A stretch of 64,000 nucleotides of DNA from Macrostomum hystrix (lineage: Eukaryota; Animalia; Platyhelminthes). The translations under genes and the position numbers were made by a program. The stretch covers positions 11,470,001 through 11,534,000 of the forward strand of contig CATNEN010000003.1 of NCBI GenBank assembly GCA_950097015.1, read 5' to 3'. Position 1 is the first letter of the stretch. Every line of letters begins with the position of its first letter. Below are positions 43,801-55,489 of this stretch, one piece after another. A model generated the notes under the pieces. That model saw nothing but the letters and a program-made list of their open reading frames with translations, was not told the origin of the DNA and did no database searches.

Positions 43801-46800
43801 TAGTTGAAAGATAGGATAGGATAGCATAGAACAGGATAGGGTAGGATAGGATAGCAAAGAACAGGATAAGATAGGATAGGATAAGATAGGATAAGATAGG
43901 ATAGGATAGCAAAGAACAGGATAAGATAGGATAGGATAGCATAGAACAGGATAGGATAGGATAAGATAGCAAAGAACAGGATAAGATAGGATAGGATAAA
44001 ATAGGATAGGATAGCATAGAACAGGATAAGATAGGATAGGATAGGATAGAACAGGATAGGATAGGATAGGATAGGATAGGATAGGATAAGATAGGATAAG
44101 ATAGGATAGGATAGCATAGAACAGGATAATATAGGATAGGATAGGATAGGATAGAACAGGATAGGATAGGATAGTATAGGGAATGATAGGAAAGGATAGG
44201 ATAGGATAGGATAGCATAGGATAGAACAGGATAGGATAGGATAGTATAGGAAATGATAGGATAGGATAGGATAGGATAGAACAGGATAGGATAGGATAGG
44301 ATATGATATGATAGAACAGTATAGGATAGGATAGAAAAGAATAGAAGATGACAAATCAATAGGTGATTATAGGATAGCATACATGACGGGGCAGTACAGG
44401 CGCACATGAACAAAAAATCACCGGCTTTCACCTGCAGAGAGCTGAGCACAGATTGAGTAGCGCTGCCGGATGCAACAGTTTGATTTTTAAACACCGGATA
44501 GCCGTAGATATTGTACTGGATAATGTAGCCCAATAATGCGCCATTTTGATACTGCAGCTCAGGCGCTCGCCACGACACCGACAGGCTGGTGTTGGATCGC
44601 TGACTGACAAAAAGACTCAGCGGCGGACCGGACGGAGCTGCTCGCGGTTTTGAAAAAAAAATTAATTCAGGAATCAATGCTCTTTTTAATTACTTATTGT
44701 AAGTAGGTTAAGAAAAGAAGACGAGTCCTATTTAGAAAGCATAATAATAATTTATTGATTAAAAGGACACAAACTGTTTCAGTGGAGTCGGGAATCGAAC
44801 CTCCGACCTTTAAGTCGTGAACTCCGACGCTCTAACCACAAGGCTAAGAGGCCTTAGGCTAAGCAATAAAATTCAGAAATTAATACGCTTTTTAACTAGT
44901 TTTTGTAAGTCGCTAAAGAATAAATACGCTTTTTTAAGTACTTGAAAAAACTAGAAAATTAATACACTTTTTAACTACTTAATGTAAGTAGTTGATAAAA
45001 AGAAACATTTTTTAGTAGAAAATTAGTGGGCTACTTGCTTTTTGCAACATTTTCTAAGATTTAAATGAAAAATGTGATTTACTGCCTAGAAAAAATGTAT
45101 TCGCCTTCCAACTACTTTTTGTAAGTAGTTTAAAAATAGTATTTTAGTACGAAACAAATTCGAAAATTAAAACACTTTTTAACTACTTTTTGTAAGTAGT
45201 TGAAGAAAATTAAATAGTCTTTTTTAGTACGCAACAAGGTAGGTTAAAGAGAGATAGAAGATAATAGAAGGAGAGACTAGTAATTTTTCACTCCACATGA
45301 GTACACTTCTGTACAATCTATTTCACCTGTCCTTTTCAAACTATAAGTGTACAATTTCTGAATACGTACACTTATTCCTAACCCAGTGTAACTCTAACTC
45401 TCTATCCAAATGCGTAAATCAACTCGCCCGGTTGTCAATGACAACCGGCCTCTAAGACTCTGGCAGGCTGACTAAAATTCGCACCGTTTTAAAATTTAGA
45501 AATTAAATAACTATTTTTCTGCTCTGTTAAAGATTAACAAACAATGGCCGATTGTTATCGTCATTTTCATCAGCATCATTACGAACAGCAGCCGCCCTTT
45601 GCATTCACCGGACCGGCAGATAAATTTACCAAGTTGGACGGCTCAAATCCCGACAGTCGCTTAGCAACAAGCAGGCTAGTTAAACCGCCGGAAAATCAAT
45701 TTCCGGCTAGTCAGAGAAGTCCAACTGTCTCTGGGCCAAACCCTGGTCACACTGTGCTGCACCGTGAATTGCATCGCACTAGCGGCTTGCCAACTGATCG
45801 ACTACCGAATGAGGCTCATTGGGACAGGTTCGATCCGCGACTGCATCATCCGCCAGCTAAGGTAGCCAGCATCGACACAATGTCTAGGGAGGATTTCGCC
45901 CGCTACCGCGATCAGAAGGATCGCAATCCGAGTCTAGTGCCGAGGGCGCCGAATGTTCTACAATCGAATCACTGCGAGACTTGCGCATTTCCTTGGGCTA
46001 ATGTCTATGGCTGCAGCAAGGATCCTTGGTACTATACGCAGCATCCGGATTATCGCGATATTAACAAATTTCCTAGGCCGAACACGCTTGGCTGGTTTGG
46101 CTATAGTCACGAACAATTGGATAGGCATAATACTGGACAGTTCTGGGCCAGTAATAAACACAATTGATGCTACAGTGAAGGCTGAATCTGCGTTGCCTGA
46201 AGATACTGATTAACCTTTCCTCGTAATTTTTTATATATTTTAATAACAATTTACCTACAAGCTACTCACCAGTAATATGTTTTACATGAAATAAAATTCT
46301 TAACTTTCAATAAAAATTTCTAAAGTAGCTTTGTTAGATTTTATTGCACTATAAATACACAGACTGCAAGTATTTAAAATAATATTTTTTCTTACTGCTA
46401 TTTTTCGCTACAATAATCATTGAGTTTACTTTTTTTTACTTCAAACGACTGTTAATTGAGTTTGTGTAATTGAGTATCTACGAGCCGTAGATAGGAAGTT
46501 TGAGTTGAGCACAGGGGTGTAGCTAATTAAGCAAGGTGAAATATTTAAATTGATGTATATTGTTTTTAGTGACTTGAGAGGGAGAGAGGGAGAGTGGCAG
46601 AGAGAGGGAGAGAGGAGAGAGGAGAGAGGAAGAGAGGGAGAGTGGGAGAGAGAGGGAGAGAGGAGAGAGGAGAGAGGGAGAGAGGGAGAGAGGAGAGAGG
46701 GGGAGAGGAAGAGTGGGAGAGAGAGGGAGAGAGGAGAGAGGGAGAGAGGGAGAGAGGGAGAGTGGGAGAGAGAGGGAGAGAGGAGAGAGGAGAGCGGGAG

Positions 46801-49800
46801 AGAGGGAGAGTGGGAGAGAGAGGGAGAGAGGGGGAGAGGGAGAGTAGGAGAGAGAGGGGGAGAGGGAGAGAGAGGGACTGATCGAGAGAAAGAAAAGGAG
46901 GGAGACATAGAGGTTGAGAGGTAAGGAAGGAAAATTCCTGATCCCTTGATAAGCCTGAAGGAAATGAGACGAACAATTAAAAGAAGAGCTGATTGAATTG
47001 AGATGTGACTGAAGCAGCAGTTAAGCAGGCAGCAATTGAATGGTGAACTCACGCTGCTGCGGCATTGTGATGTTGGCGCTGGGAAAACTTTCTAAACTTT
47101 CTCCAACTTTATTCCTAGCTAGTACACGAAATCGATAAGTTTGCGATGCCACCAGGCCGCTGGTGACTCGATAGCTGGTGGAGCCACCGTCAACTGAAGC
47201 CACCTGATTCCAGGAGCCCGGCGATGAGCTGCTCTCCGACTGCACAGAGAATGACGTCACTGGGGTGTTACCAGTCAGGCCGGGAAGCCAGACAACAATA
47301 ACGCTGCGATTATCATTCGGACTCAATTGAACAGATTGAATAGTAGGCGACTGGGGTAGCTCAATCACTGTCAGGACTGTACTTCTAGTGTCGTTGCCTG
47401 CGTTTGACAACAGCAGACAGCTGTACTGACCGCCGTCAGTTGGTCTCACGCTGGTGAACCTGAGCGAGCCAGTCAGCTGATTCACATCCCTGAAGCCGTC
47501 AATGGAGACTAGAATAGGCCAGGAGCCTATTGGGGTGTGGTACCACCGCACGGCAACCGACACGCTGCCACTGGAACTGTAGCCGCATCGGATGGTCAGC
47601 TCGGAGCCTTTGATTGATTCGATTGGATTCTCTGGCGGCGCAGTGATTTTTGTGCGTTCTGAAAATGGGATAAATTGGTGCACATTCTTCATTTTGTTAA
47701 CGATTTGAGAAGTTAGATTTTGGGATTATTAATGTGAGATCTATTGATGTGGGTCTTAATAGATGGGTCGGGATTGAGATTTCTAGAAACAGGATTATGA
47801 AAAGGGGAATCTAAAAAACAGAATTTTAGATTAAATAACTTTGAAAATTTAGATTTTATGGATGAGATATAAAGGGTTAGGACTAGAGATGGGATTTTAT
47901 ATATGGGATCTTAGAGACTATGATTCTAGTATCTTGGACAATCGGGACTTTAGGTCCGGGATCTTAGAGGTTGGGATTCTAGAGATGCGATTTTGGAGTC
48001 TGGGATTCTAGAGATGGGATCTTAGAGATTGGGATTCTAGAGATGGGATCTTAGAGATTGGGATTCTAGAGATGGGATTTTTGAGGTTGGGATTCTAGAA
48101 ATGGGATCTTAGAGATTGGGATTCTAGAGATGGGATCTTTGAGGTCTAGATTCAAAATAAAGGATCTAGAAAATTAGGATTTAAGATAACACGGGATCTT
48201 TGGAAATGGAACTTTAAATATGGATTTTGGGATTCAAGACCTGGGATTTTAAACATCGGGATATGTGAGATCTTACAGATTATGATTCTAGTATATTTTA
48301 CAGTGAGATTATACAATAGGATCTTTGATGTTGGGGGTCGAGATATAGGATCTTTGATGTTGGGGGTCGAGATATGGGATCTTAAAGATCAGGATTCGAG
48401 GTATGGGATCTTTGAGGTTGAGATTTTAAAGATGGGATCTTGAAAACTGGGATTATAGACATGGGATATTAAAGATCAGGGTTTAGAGATAGCATCTGAC
48501 AGATTCGGGTTCGAGTATCTTGGACTATTCGATTCAAAAAATGGGATCTTAAATATCGGGATTCTTGACATTGGATCTTTGAGGTTTTAATATGATGTTG
48601 AGAAGAAAGTAAACTATACAAGAACTCTACGATGCTACATAAAATGTTATTAAGACTACTTATAGTAGACAAAAACTTCAAGTATTATCTTACGCAGCAC
48701 GGTCAGATAGCCTGAAGTTTGATCGCTGCCTGGCGCATTGCTAGCCAAACAGGTGTAACGCCCGGTGTCTGTCACCTGTAGGCCCATGATTAGCAGACTG
48801 CCGGTTGATTGCACAAGGAAACGACCGCCGGAGGGCAGGAGGGCACCGTCTGGGAATATGACCGGGTAATAAAATATGATTTATACAATCTTTCACTGTA
48901 GCTCCAGCCTGTCACTCTTCATACATGTTTCATACAGCCTGTCACACTAGTTTCACTCAGGCCTGTCACTCTGATTTCACACAGTCTGTCACTCTAGTTT
49001 CACACAGCCTGTCACACTAGTTTCACATAGCCTGTCACACTAGTTTCACTCAGGCCTGTCACTCTGATTTCACACAGTCTGTCACTCTAGTTAAACACAG
49101 CCTGTCACTCTCGTTTCTCTCAGACCTGTCACTCTGATTTCACACAGTCTCTCACTCTAGTTTCACACAGCCTTTCACTCTGGTTTCACCCAGCCTGTCA
49201 CTCTGGTTTCACACTGCCTTTCACTCTAGTTTCACACAGTCTTTCAGTCTGATTTCACAGCCAGTCACTCTAATTTCACACAGCTTTACACCCTGGTTTC
49301 ACACTGATATATATTCACTCTGATTTCACACAGCCTTTCACTCTGGTTTCACACTGCCTTTCACTCTGGTTTCACACTGCCTTTCACTCTGGTTTCACAC
49401 TGCCTTTCACTCTGATTTCACACAGTCTGTCACTCTAGTTTCACACAGCCTGTCACTCTCGTTTCTCTCAGACCTGTCACTCTGATTTCACACAGTCTCT
49501 CACTCTGATTTCACACAGCCTTTCACTCTGGTTTCACACTGCCTTTCACTCTGGTTTCACACAGCCTGTCACTCTAGTTTCACACAGCCTGTCACTCTAA
49601 TTTCACACAGCCTTTCACTCTGGTTTCACACTGCCTTTCAGTCTGGTTTCACACAGCCTGTCACTCTAGTTTCACACAGCCTGTTACTCTAATTTCACAC
49701 AGCCTTTCACACTGGTTTCACCAAAGCATGCTACTCTCGTCTCATTTAGTTGCTTTTGGCATCGAAACCGACACAACGGCCCGGTGGCGCACACAATGTA

Positions 49801-50210
49801 CTAGATAACAAGTCAAGTGTAACATTAATATAACTTATCCGATTGCCAATACTTGGCATAAGAAGAGGTTAAAGAAATTGACTGACTGACACACTTTGTC
49901 AATTTGTCTGCTATTCAATCGTTTGCACGCGCTGGAATCGTCCGTTGTATTACGTCACAGCATTACCAACACCATCTATACACACATATATATACATAAA
50001 GAGGGTTCTGGCGCCACTTGATTTTGTAAAATGAGAATAAATCATAAGATTATGTGTATAAAATAGTGTATATAATTTATTATTATTAGTCACCTTTGAG
50101 CCATTGAATGTTGGGCGTTGGCGCGCCGGTTGCTAAGCAGGGGAAGCTAACATTCTCCAGCTCCAGTTTAGTATTGTTGCTCATTGGAGTAGAAATTTTC
50201 GGAACCGAAC
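28191..50210 (-). CDS. sdk: Sidekick Ig/FN3 adhesion molecule, 5'-partial; exons 50094-50210, 48694-48849, 47053-47658, 44432-44640, 43016-43495, 42236-42625, 40641-41780, 39137-39799, 37593-38016, 32044-32348, 30608-30944, (30470-30505 optional), 28191-~29104
   Basis: Two Ig domains (FPCLATGAPTPNIQW...DTGRYTC; IRC...W...DGGQYSC) followed by 13 countable FN3 repeats. Then juxtamembrane PFYEQWWFLVILGL + TM and a C-terminal PDZ-binding ...GSSFV*, diagnostic of Sidekick. Exon phases are consistent; the last acceptor is less certain. Confidence 0.9.
29227..30180. repeat. 21-bp minisatellite (CTCATCTTCTATTCTCCCCTG) in last sdk intron
   Basis: About 45 units. Confidence 0.96.
30978..31972. repeat. 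20-bp minisatellite (GGCACTCTCAGACACTCTAT) in sdk intron
   Basis: About 48 units with higher-order blocks. Confidence 0.96.
32799..35751 (+). CDS. Nested uncharacterised protein (~531 aa), beta-propeller/NHL-like blades; exons 32799-33033, 33371-34109, 35130-35751
   Basis: Three long non-repetitive ORFs join in frame through G|GTCGGT..CCGCAG (phase 1) and CA|GTGAGT..CTGCAG (phase 2). Blade-like segments: VRDVAIDTENERIYLL, LAGACVDTERDILFAS, AGPIACAS..FLYAVDRQDCRRVLVIRY. Lies wholly in the sdk intron 32349-37592. Confidence 0.72.
34129..35040. repeat. 41-bp array (34129-34333) followed by an ~18-19-bp array (AAATAGGGGATCAAATGCC, 34415-35040) in intron 2 of the nested gene
   Basis: Two adjacent tandem arrays. 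Confidence 0.93.
35833..37345. repeat. 24-26-bp minisatellite (GAGATTCTTACCTGTGATTCTCCCTT) in sdk intron
   Basis: Roughly 55-60 units; the reverse complement of each contains YAG|GTAAGA. Confidence 0.97.
38050..38900. repeat. 34-bp minisatellite (TGTAATGACCGATGGATATGACCAGAGACTATAG), decaying rightwards
   Basis: About 17 good units, then degenerate copies. Confidence 0.92.
39840..40568. repeat. 33-bp minisatellite (ACCTGAAGGACACAACCTGAGGATGTGATAAGT) in sdk intron
   Basis: About 21 units. Confidence 0.94.
41850..42245. repeat. 41-bp minisatellite (TCTAGTAAGATGGTAATGTCCCTACCCCTTTAACCTGWGGA) in sdk intron
   Basis: About 9 units; the terminal unit overlaps the exon end. Confidence 0.92.
43543..44345. 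repeat. (GATAG)n-based microsatellite in sdk intron
   Basis: 5-bp unit with GATAA/GAACA variants. Confidence 0.96.
44762..44847 (-). mobile_element. CORE-SINE family 5' fragment
   Basis: AAAGGACACAAA..GGAGTCGGGAATCGAACCTCCGACCTTTAAGTCGTGA..GACGCTCTAACCAC. Confidence 0.7.
45428..45448. promoter_or_regulatory. RFX X-box-like palindrome CCGGTTGTCA-A-TGACAACCGG
   Basis: Core GTTGTC-AAT-GACAAC closely resembles the GTNRCC(N0-3)RGYAAC X-box; perfect 10-bp arms; 96 bp upstream of the 45544 ATG. Confidence 0.6.
45544..46167 (+). CDS. Nested single-exon uncharacterised protein (207 aa), possibly ciliary/flagellar
   Basis: Clean non-repetitive ORF with AACAATGG start context inside AT-rich flanks. 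AATAAA at ~46290 and ~46309. X-box-like palindrome ~100 bp upstream. Lies in the sdk intron 44641-47052. Confidence 0.7.
   Translation: MADCYRHFHQHHYEQQPPFAFTGPADKFTKLDGSNPDSRLATSRLVKPPENQFPASQRSPTVSGPNPGHTVLHRELHRTSGLPTDRLPNEAHWDRFDPRLHHPPAKVASIDTMSREDFARYRDQKDRNPSLVPRAPNVLQSNHCETCAFPWANVYGCSKDPWYYTQHPDYRDINKFPRPNTLGWFGYSHEQLDRHNTGQFWASNKHN
46575..46905. repeat. GA-rich simple repeat
   Basis: Polypurine (GGAGA/GGGAGA) tract. Confidence 0.92.
47860..48590. repeat. Degenerate GGGATTCTAGAGAT/GGGATCTTAGAGATT array in sdk intron
   Basis: Core 47960-48145 is regular; flanks are eroded. Confidence 0.75.
48905..49722. repeat. 23-bp minisatellite (CAGCCTTTCACTCTGGTTTCACA) in sdk intron
   Basis: About 35 units. 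Confidence 0.92.
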
Positions 50211-50342
50211 CTGATAAATTAGATAAAAAGGATTTACTACAGTTACTGATTTGGTACCGTCATTATTAACTGGTGTTAGACGCATCTATAACTCACAATT
50301 AAATGGGAGAGTACACCTGAAGCTTTGTAAGAGGGGATGAAA

Positions 50343-51250
50343 GACCTGAAGATTTGGAGGGGACAATAGGACCTGAAGTATCATGGGTTGGGAGAAAAGA
50401 ACCTGAAGTATCATAGGTTGGGAAAAAAGGACCTGAAGTATCATAGGTTGGGAGAAAAGGACCTGAAGTATCATGGGTTGGGAGAAAAGGACCTGAAGTA
50501 TCATGGGTTGGGAGAAAAGGACCTGAAGTATCATGGGTTGGGAGAAAAGGACCTGAAGCATCATGGGTTGGGAGAAAAGGACCTGAAGTATCATGGGTTG
50601 GGAGAAAAGGACCTGAAGTATCATGGGTTGGGAGAAAAGGACCTGAAGTATCATGGGTTGGGAGAAAAGGACCTGAAGTATCATGGGTTGGGAGAAAAGG
50701 ACCTGAAGTATCATGGGTTGGGAGAAAAGGACCTGAAGCATCATGGGTTGGGAGAAAAGGACCTGAAGTATCATGGGTTGGGAGAAAAGGACCTGAAGTA
50801 TCATGGGTTGGGAGAAAAGGACCTGAAGTATAATGGGTTGGGAGAAAAGGACCTGAAGTATCATGGGTTGGGAAAAAAAAACCTGAAGTATCATGGGTTG
50901 GGAAAAATGACCTGAAGGATCATGTGGTGGGAGAATAGGACCTGAATGATCATGTGGTGGGAGGGCCTGAAGGATCATGAGATGGGAGGGCCTGAAGGAT
51001 CATGAGGTGGGAGAATATGACCTGAAGGATCATGTGGTGGGAGAATAGGACCTGAAGGATCATGAGGTGGGAGGGCCTGAAGGATCATGTGGTGGGAGAA
51101 TAGGACCTGAATGATCATGTGGTGGGAGGGCCTGAAGGATCATGAGATGGGAGGGCCTGAAGGATCATGAGGTGGGAGAATAGGACCTGAAGATTAAGGG
51201 GACGGGAGAATAGGACCTGAAGTATCATGGGGTGGGAGAATAGGACCTAA
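50343..51250. repeat. 30-bp minisatellite (ACCTGAAGTATCATGGGTTGGGAGAAAAGG) grading into a 25/30-bp variant
   Basis: Near-perfect units 50400-50910, variant units to 51250. Confidence 0.95.
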
Positions 51251-51969
51251 AGCGTTAAGGTGACATAAGATCCGATGCAATGAAATGTAAGGAAAGCTAG
51301 AGTGCTGAGCAATGGTATCCCAATGTGGTCTTGGCTTACTGTAGAAATTCAAAGAATCAAATCAATCAATTGTCGATAACGAGTTTTAGTCAGCAATTTT
51401 GTCACACCCTAAACAGCATGAGCGCATGAAAAATGGCTCACAGTGATAGAGAGAAGGGAGCATTTTCACAGCTTAAAGAGGCAAGAGGAAATAAAATGGA
51501 CTGGGTGACTCAACACACGGTCAAACAGTTGGTAGCGGCAGACTCAAAAACAAAGATAATGAGCAGCAGGGATTTGCAGAGGTCAAATTGCTCGCAGATC
51601 GAGCTAGAATAGTTTGAGTTGGCTCAGCCGCAGCCGTGTAGAGAATCAAGGAGGGCTTTAAAAACTTGTGGAATCGGTACTGATGACAAATAAGTCAAAT
51701 ATCGAGTCCCTTATCAGCTCGGCTAAAAGCAGAAACAGTAGAAGCCGTTCGAAATATTTGAAACCGGCAAATGATTACGTAACAGTTTACAATCTGGGAC
51801 ATTTTTACTAGGAAAAATTTATTACCGAAGCTCTCTTTCAATAAAGAAATGTAAATATTCATGTAATAATATTATTTGCAGGAGGGCTGAGTGCAATGGT
51901 TTATCATTCAAACACAGTCAAACACACTCAAACACAGGTGTGTACAACTGCCATGACTTTCTCATCTCA

Positions 51970-52198
51970 GGGTTGTTGCCTAGCGGTTAGGGTGTCGGAC
52001 TCACGACTTTAAGGTCGGGGGTTCGATTCCCGACTCTAGTGAAACGATGTTTAATGGGCTACAAGCATTAGCTGGGGTAATTTAGGGTGGGGCGTTCCTA
52101 CCAGTCCGTGGACTGAACAGCCGTACGCAGCCTTCAATAGCTGCGGCTGTGCTGTCGACTGCACATCTGACCCAATCAGTGCAGATCAGCAACTATTA
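51970..52198 (+). mobile_element. CORE-SINE family copy with internal deletion of most of the CORE
   Basis: Same head and 3' region (CAGTCCGTGGACTGAACAGCCGTACGCAGCC...GCACATCTGACCCAAT) as 55646-55954. Confidence 0.78.
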
Positions 52199-52959
52199 TG
52201 AAATATGATTCATGCATAACTATACGTCCTCAGCAGGTTCCACAACCACAGAAGGCCCACCACAATAAGACACATGTGTTTAACACATTTTCTTTAATCT
52301 TTAATCGAGTCTTTTTTTCGATTTAGCTCGTAGAAATCGATGTTGTTTACGCTGAAGGCGTTCGGAATTTTGTTAGGAATGAAGATTTGAAAGAAATTAT
52401 TAGGATAGTTGCATATACCGAGATACCAATGCCAGTTTTTCATTAATGCAATTTAAATCTACAAGGCTCTCGTAATGATAAACTACTGGTCGTCGAGGCG
52501 GATGGGGTGGGTATAATTGAAGACAACAAAGCATTACATGCAGCCCAAATGCTTGCCGAACCCCAAATCACTGCCTAGAGGCCAGGTAAGAATATCCCAT
52601 CCGATATAAACAGACGCTTGACTAATTTTTTTTCGGCAGAGAAAAAAACGATCCCCAAAGGCTGCGACAGCATTACTTTCTGTTTCGTGGGACCATTTTT
52701 AGGTAAAATCAATTAGTTAGTGATTGATACGAGAAACTGCAGTTCCCTTTTATCCCATCCTACCAAACATCCCCTTATTCCGCTACGCGACGCAAAGACG
52801 GTGGAAATAATGTTGTTCTAATTTATCCTACAAAAATCTGGCCGAATTCCATTCTGCTAATTGATAAACTTGTTTGATTACAAACTTAGATAATACTGGG
52901 TCATATATTTACTAGTAATTTGGATACCTGTTTGATTAATTGATCTCTGTCAATCAGCC

Positions 52960-53140
52960 CGATTAACTGCTCGATTGATTGATAATAACTTTCACTTGAC
53001 TATCTGATTGATGTATTAATTGATGTGCAATTTGACTACCTGATTGATTGATTGATGTGTCATTTAAATACCTGATCGATCGATTGATTGATCGATAGAT
53101 AGATAGATAGATAGATAGATAGTTAGTTAGATTGATTTAT

Positions 53141-53176
<36 letters not shown>

Positions 53177-53204
53177 GTGTCATTTAAACACATGATCGAT
53201 CGAT

Positions 53205-53236
<32 letters not shown>

Positions 53237-53264
53237 GTGTCATTTAAACACATGATCGATCGAT

Positions 53265-53301
<37 letters not shown>

Positions 53302-53485
53302 ACTTAATTGATGTGTCATTTAAACACCTGATCGATCGATTGATTGATTGATTGTTTGATTGATTAATTGATTGATTGATTGATAATATCTTTAACTTGA
53401 GTATCTGATTGATTGATTACTTGATTGATGTGTCATTTAAACACATGATCGATCGATTGATTGATTGATTGATTGATTGATGTAA
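52960..53485. repeat. (GATT)n microsatellite interleaved with a GATGTGTCATTTAAACACATGATCGATCGA unit
   Basis: Compound repeat with about 5 interspersed units. Confidence 0.88.
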
Positions 53486-53984
53486 GCAAAAATACTTGAT
53501 TATAGAATCGAAAACGTGATTGGTTGATTTGGTCTGTATTTTGACTAACCAATTTATTGATTTTTTGCTTATTTATTGATTGATCGTTTGTTTAGACACT
53601 CAGTCGAGTTATGTTTCGAATTTAACCATTATTTTACCTGATTAGAGAAAAGTTGCGTTTGAACATTTTTTGCGAACATAGTATTGTTTTGCTAAATTTC
53701 GAAGTTTTCTTGTAAAAACACGCGAATTCGCCACGAAAATGCTAGTTAAAATGGACACAATGCAACAAATTCTATTCGCCAGCTTGACATTTAAAACTTT
53801 TGCTTTCAGAACAGGACAAACCCCTTGGCTACAATCGAACTAATTAGCCCCTAAAAAAGTCGGAGTTTTTTCAACAATCATTAGAAGAAGAATATTGCTT
53901 CTATAAGCTGGAACAATAAAGTTTTGTTTAAAGCCTTATGTGTTGGGACATAGTATTTCACAAAGTTTTAATAAAGCTTTTAAT

Positions 53985-54740
53985 ATTTAGGTGAATAAAC
54001 CAACAGAGATTTAGGTGACTTAACCTGCTGAGATTTAGGTGAATAAGCCTACTGAGATTTAGGTGAATAAACCTACTGAGATTTAGGTGAAAAGGCCTAC
54101 TGAGATTTAGGTGAATAAGCCTACTGAGATTTAGGTGAATAAGCCTACTGAGATTTAGGTGAATAAGCCTACTGAGATTTAGGTGAATAAGCCTACTGAG
54201 ATTTAGGTGAATAAGCCTACTGAGATTTAGGTGAATAAGCCTACTGAGATTTAGGTGAATAAGCCTACTGAGATTTAGGTGAATAAACCTACTGAGATTT
54301 AGGTGAATAAGCCTACTGAGATTTAGGTGAATAAACCTACTGAGATTTAGGTGAATAAGCCTACTGAGATTTAGGTGAATAAGCCTACTGAGATTTAGGT
54401 GAGTAAGCCTACCGAGATTTAGGTGAATAAACCTACTGAGATTCAGGTGAATAAGCCTACTGAGATTAGGTGAGTAAGCCTACTGAGATTTAGGTGAATA
54501 AGCCTACTGAGATTAGGTGAGTAAGCCTAACGAACCGAGATTTAGGTGAATAAACCTACTGAGATTTAGGTGAATAAACCTACTGAAATTTAGGTGAATA
54601 AAACTGCTGAGATTTAGGTGAATAAGCCTACTGAGATTTAGGTGAATAAGCCTACTGAGATTTAGGTGAATAAGCCTACTGAGATTTAGGTGAATAAGCC
54701 TACTGAGATTTAGGTGAATAAGCCTACTGAGATTTAGGAA
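53985..54740. repeat. 24-bp minisatellite (GAGATTTAGGTGAATAAGCCTACT)
   Basis: About 30 units. Confidence 0.96.
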
Positions 54741-55489
54741 TCTAGGTGAAATAACTGTCTACACTTAACGATTTAGGTGAAAGAAGCGAATAAAAATTAG
54801 GTTAATCTGAAATTTATTGTGTATTCAAAAAAGCTCTAATTTGTTATAATTCTATAGAATGATTAAACCACAGAGATAATCCAGGTAGATTTCACAGGCA
54901 TTGTTGCACATTTTTCTGTGCTAAAAGTTTCTTGCTAATTTAAGTTTACAAAGTCTACTAAATATTATTCAATAACGAAAGAAAGGTAGATCGGACAGCA
55001 ACAGACGGTAGAAAAACTTGTCACACTTCAGTGAAGGAATCGATAGCTAATAAAAAATCGAATCCAAGAAGGTAGGCTTGCAAAAAAGGTGGGCAGTATT
55101 AAAAGGTTCACTTTCGAGAGAGCTTCGTCATCTCAGTATAGATTTGGTGTTCGAAGTAAATCAGAGTAAAGGTAGTTGGTTAGTTAAGGATAGAGTTTTC
55201 CAAAGATTCTAAGCCAGTTCGTCCACTTCAGAAGGCAGCTGAATGGAAAATGCGGGATCCTGAAGAAAAGGTGGAACCCTTCTTTTAGGAGAAAGAAAGT
55301 TCCTAGTAATCCGAAAAAAGTAATGCAAGAAGAAATTTGGTCTACGCTATATGCGATTGAATAAAACCAAGATAATTAAGCAAGTAAAACTTTCAGATTT
55401 GTTTAGGTGAATCAAATTCAAAGCCTTTTGCGAAAAAACGGGGGAAAATTGTGTGAAGAAAACCAACGATTTATGTGATCAAACTTTCG

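Noticed and set aside
10636-51250. Rule that arrays are pyrimidine-rich on the sense strand
   Set aside because: Holds for several introns but fails for 20180, 22420, 29227 and 35833.
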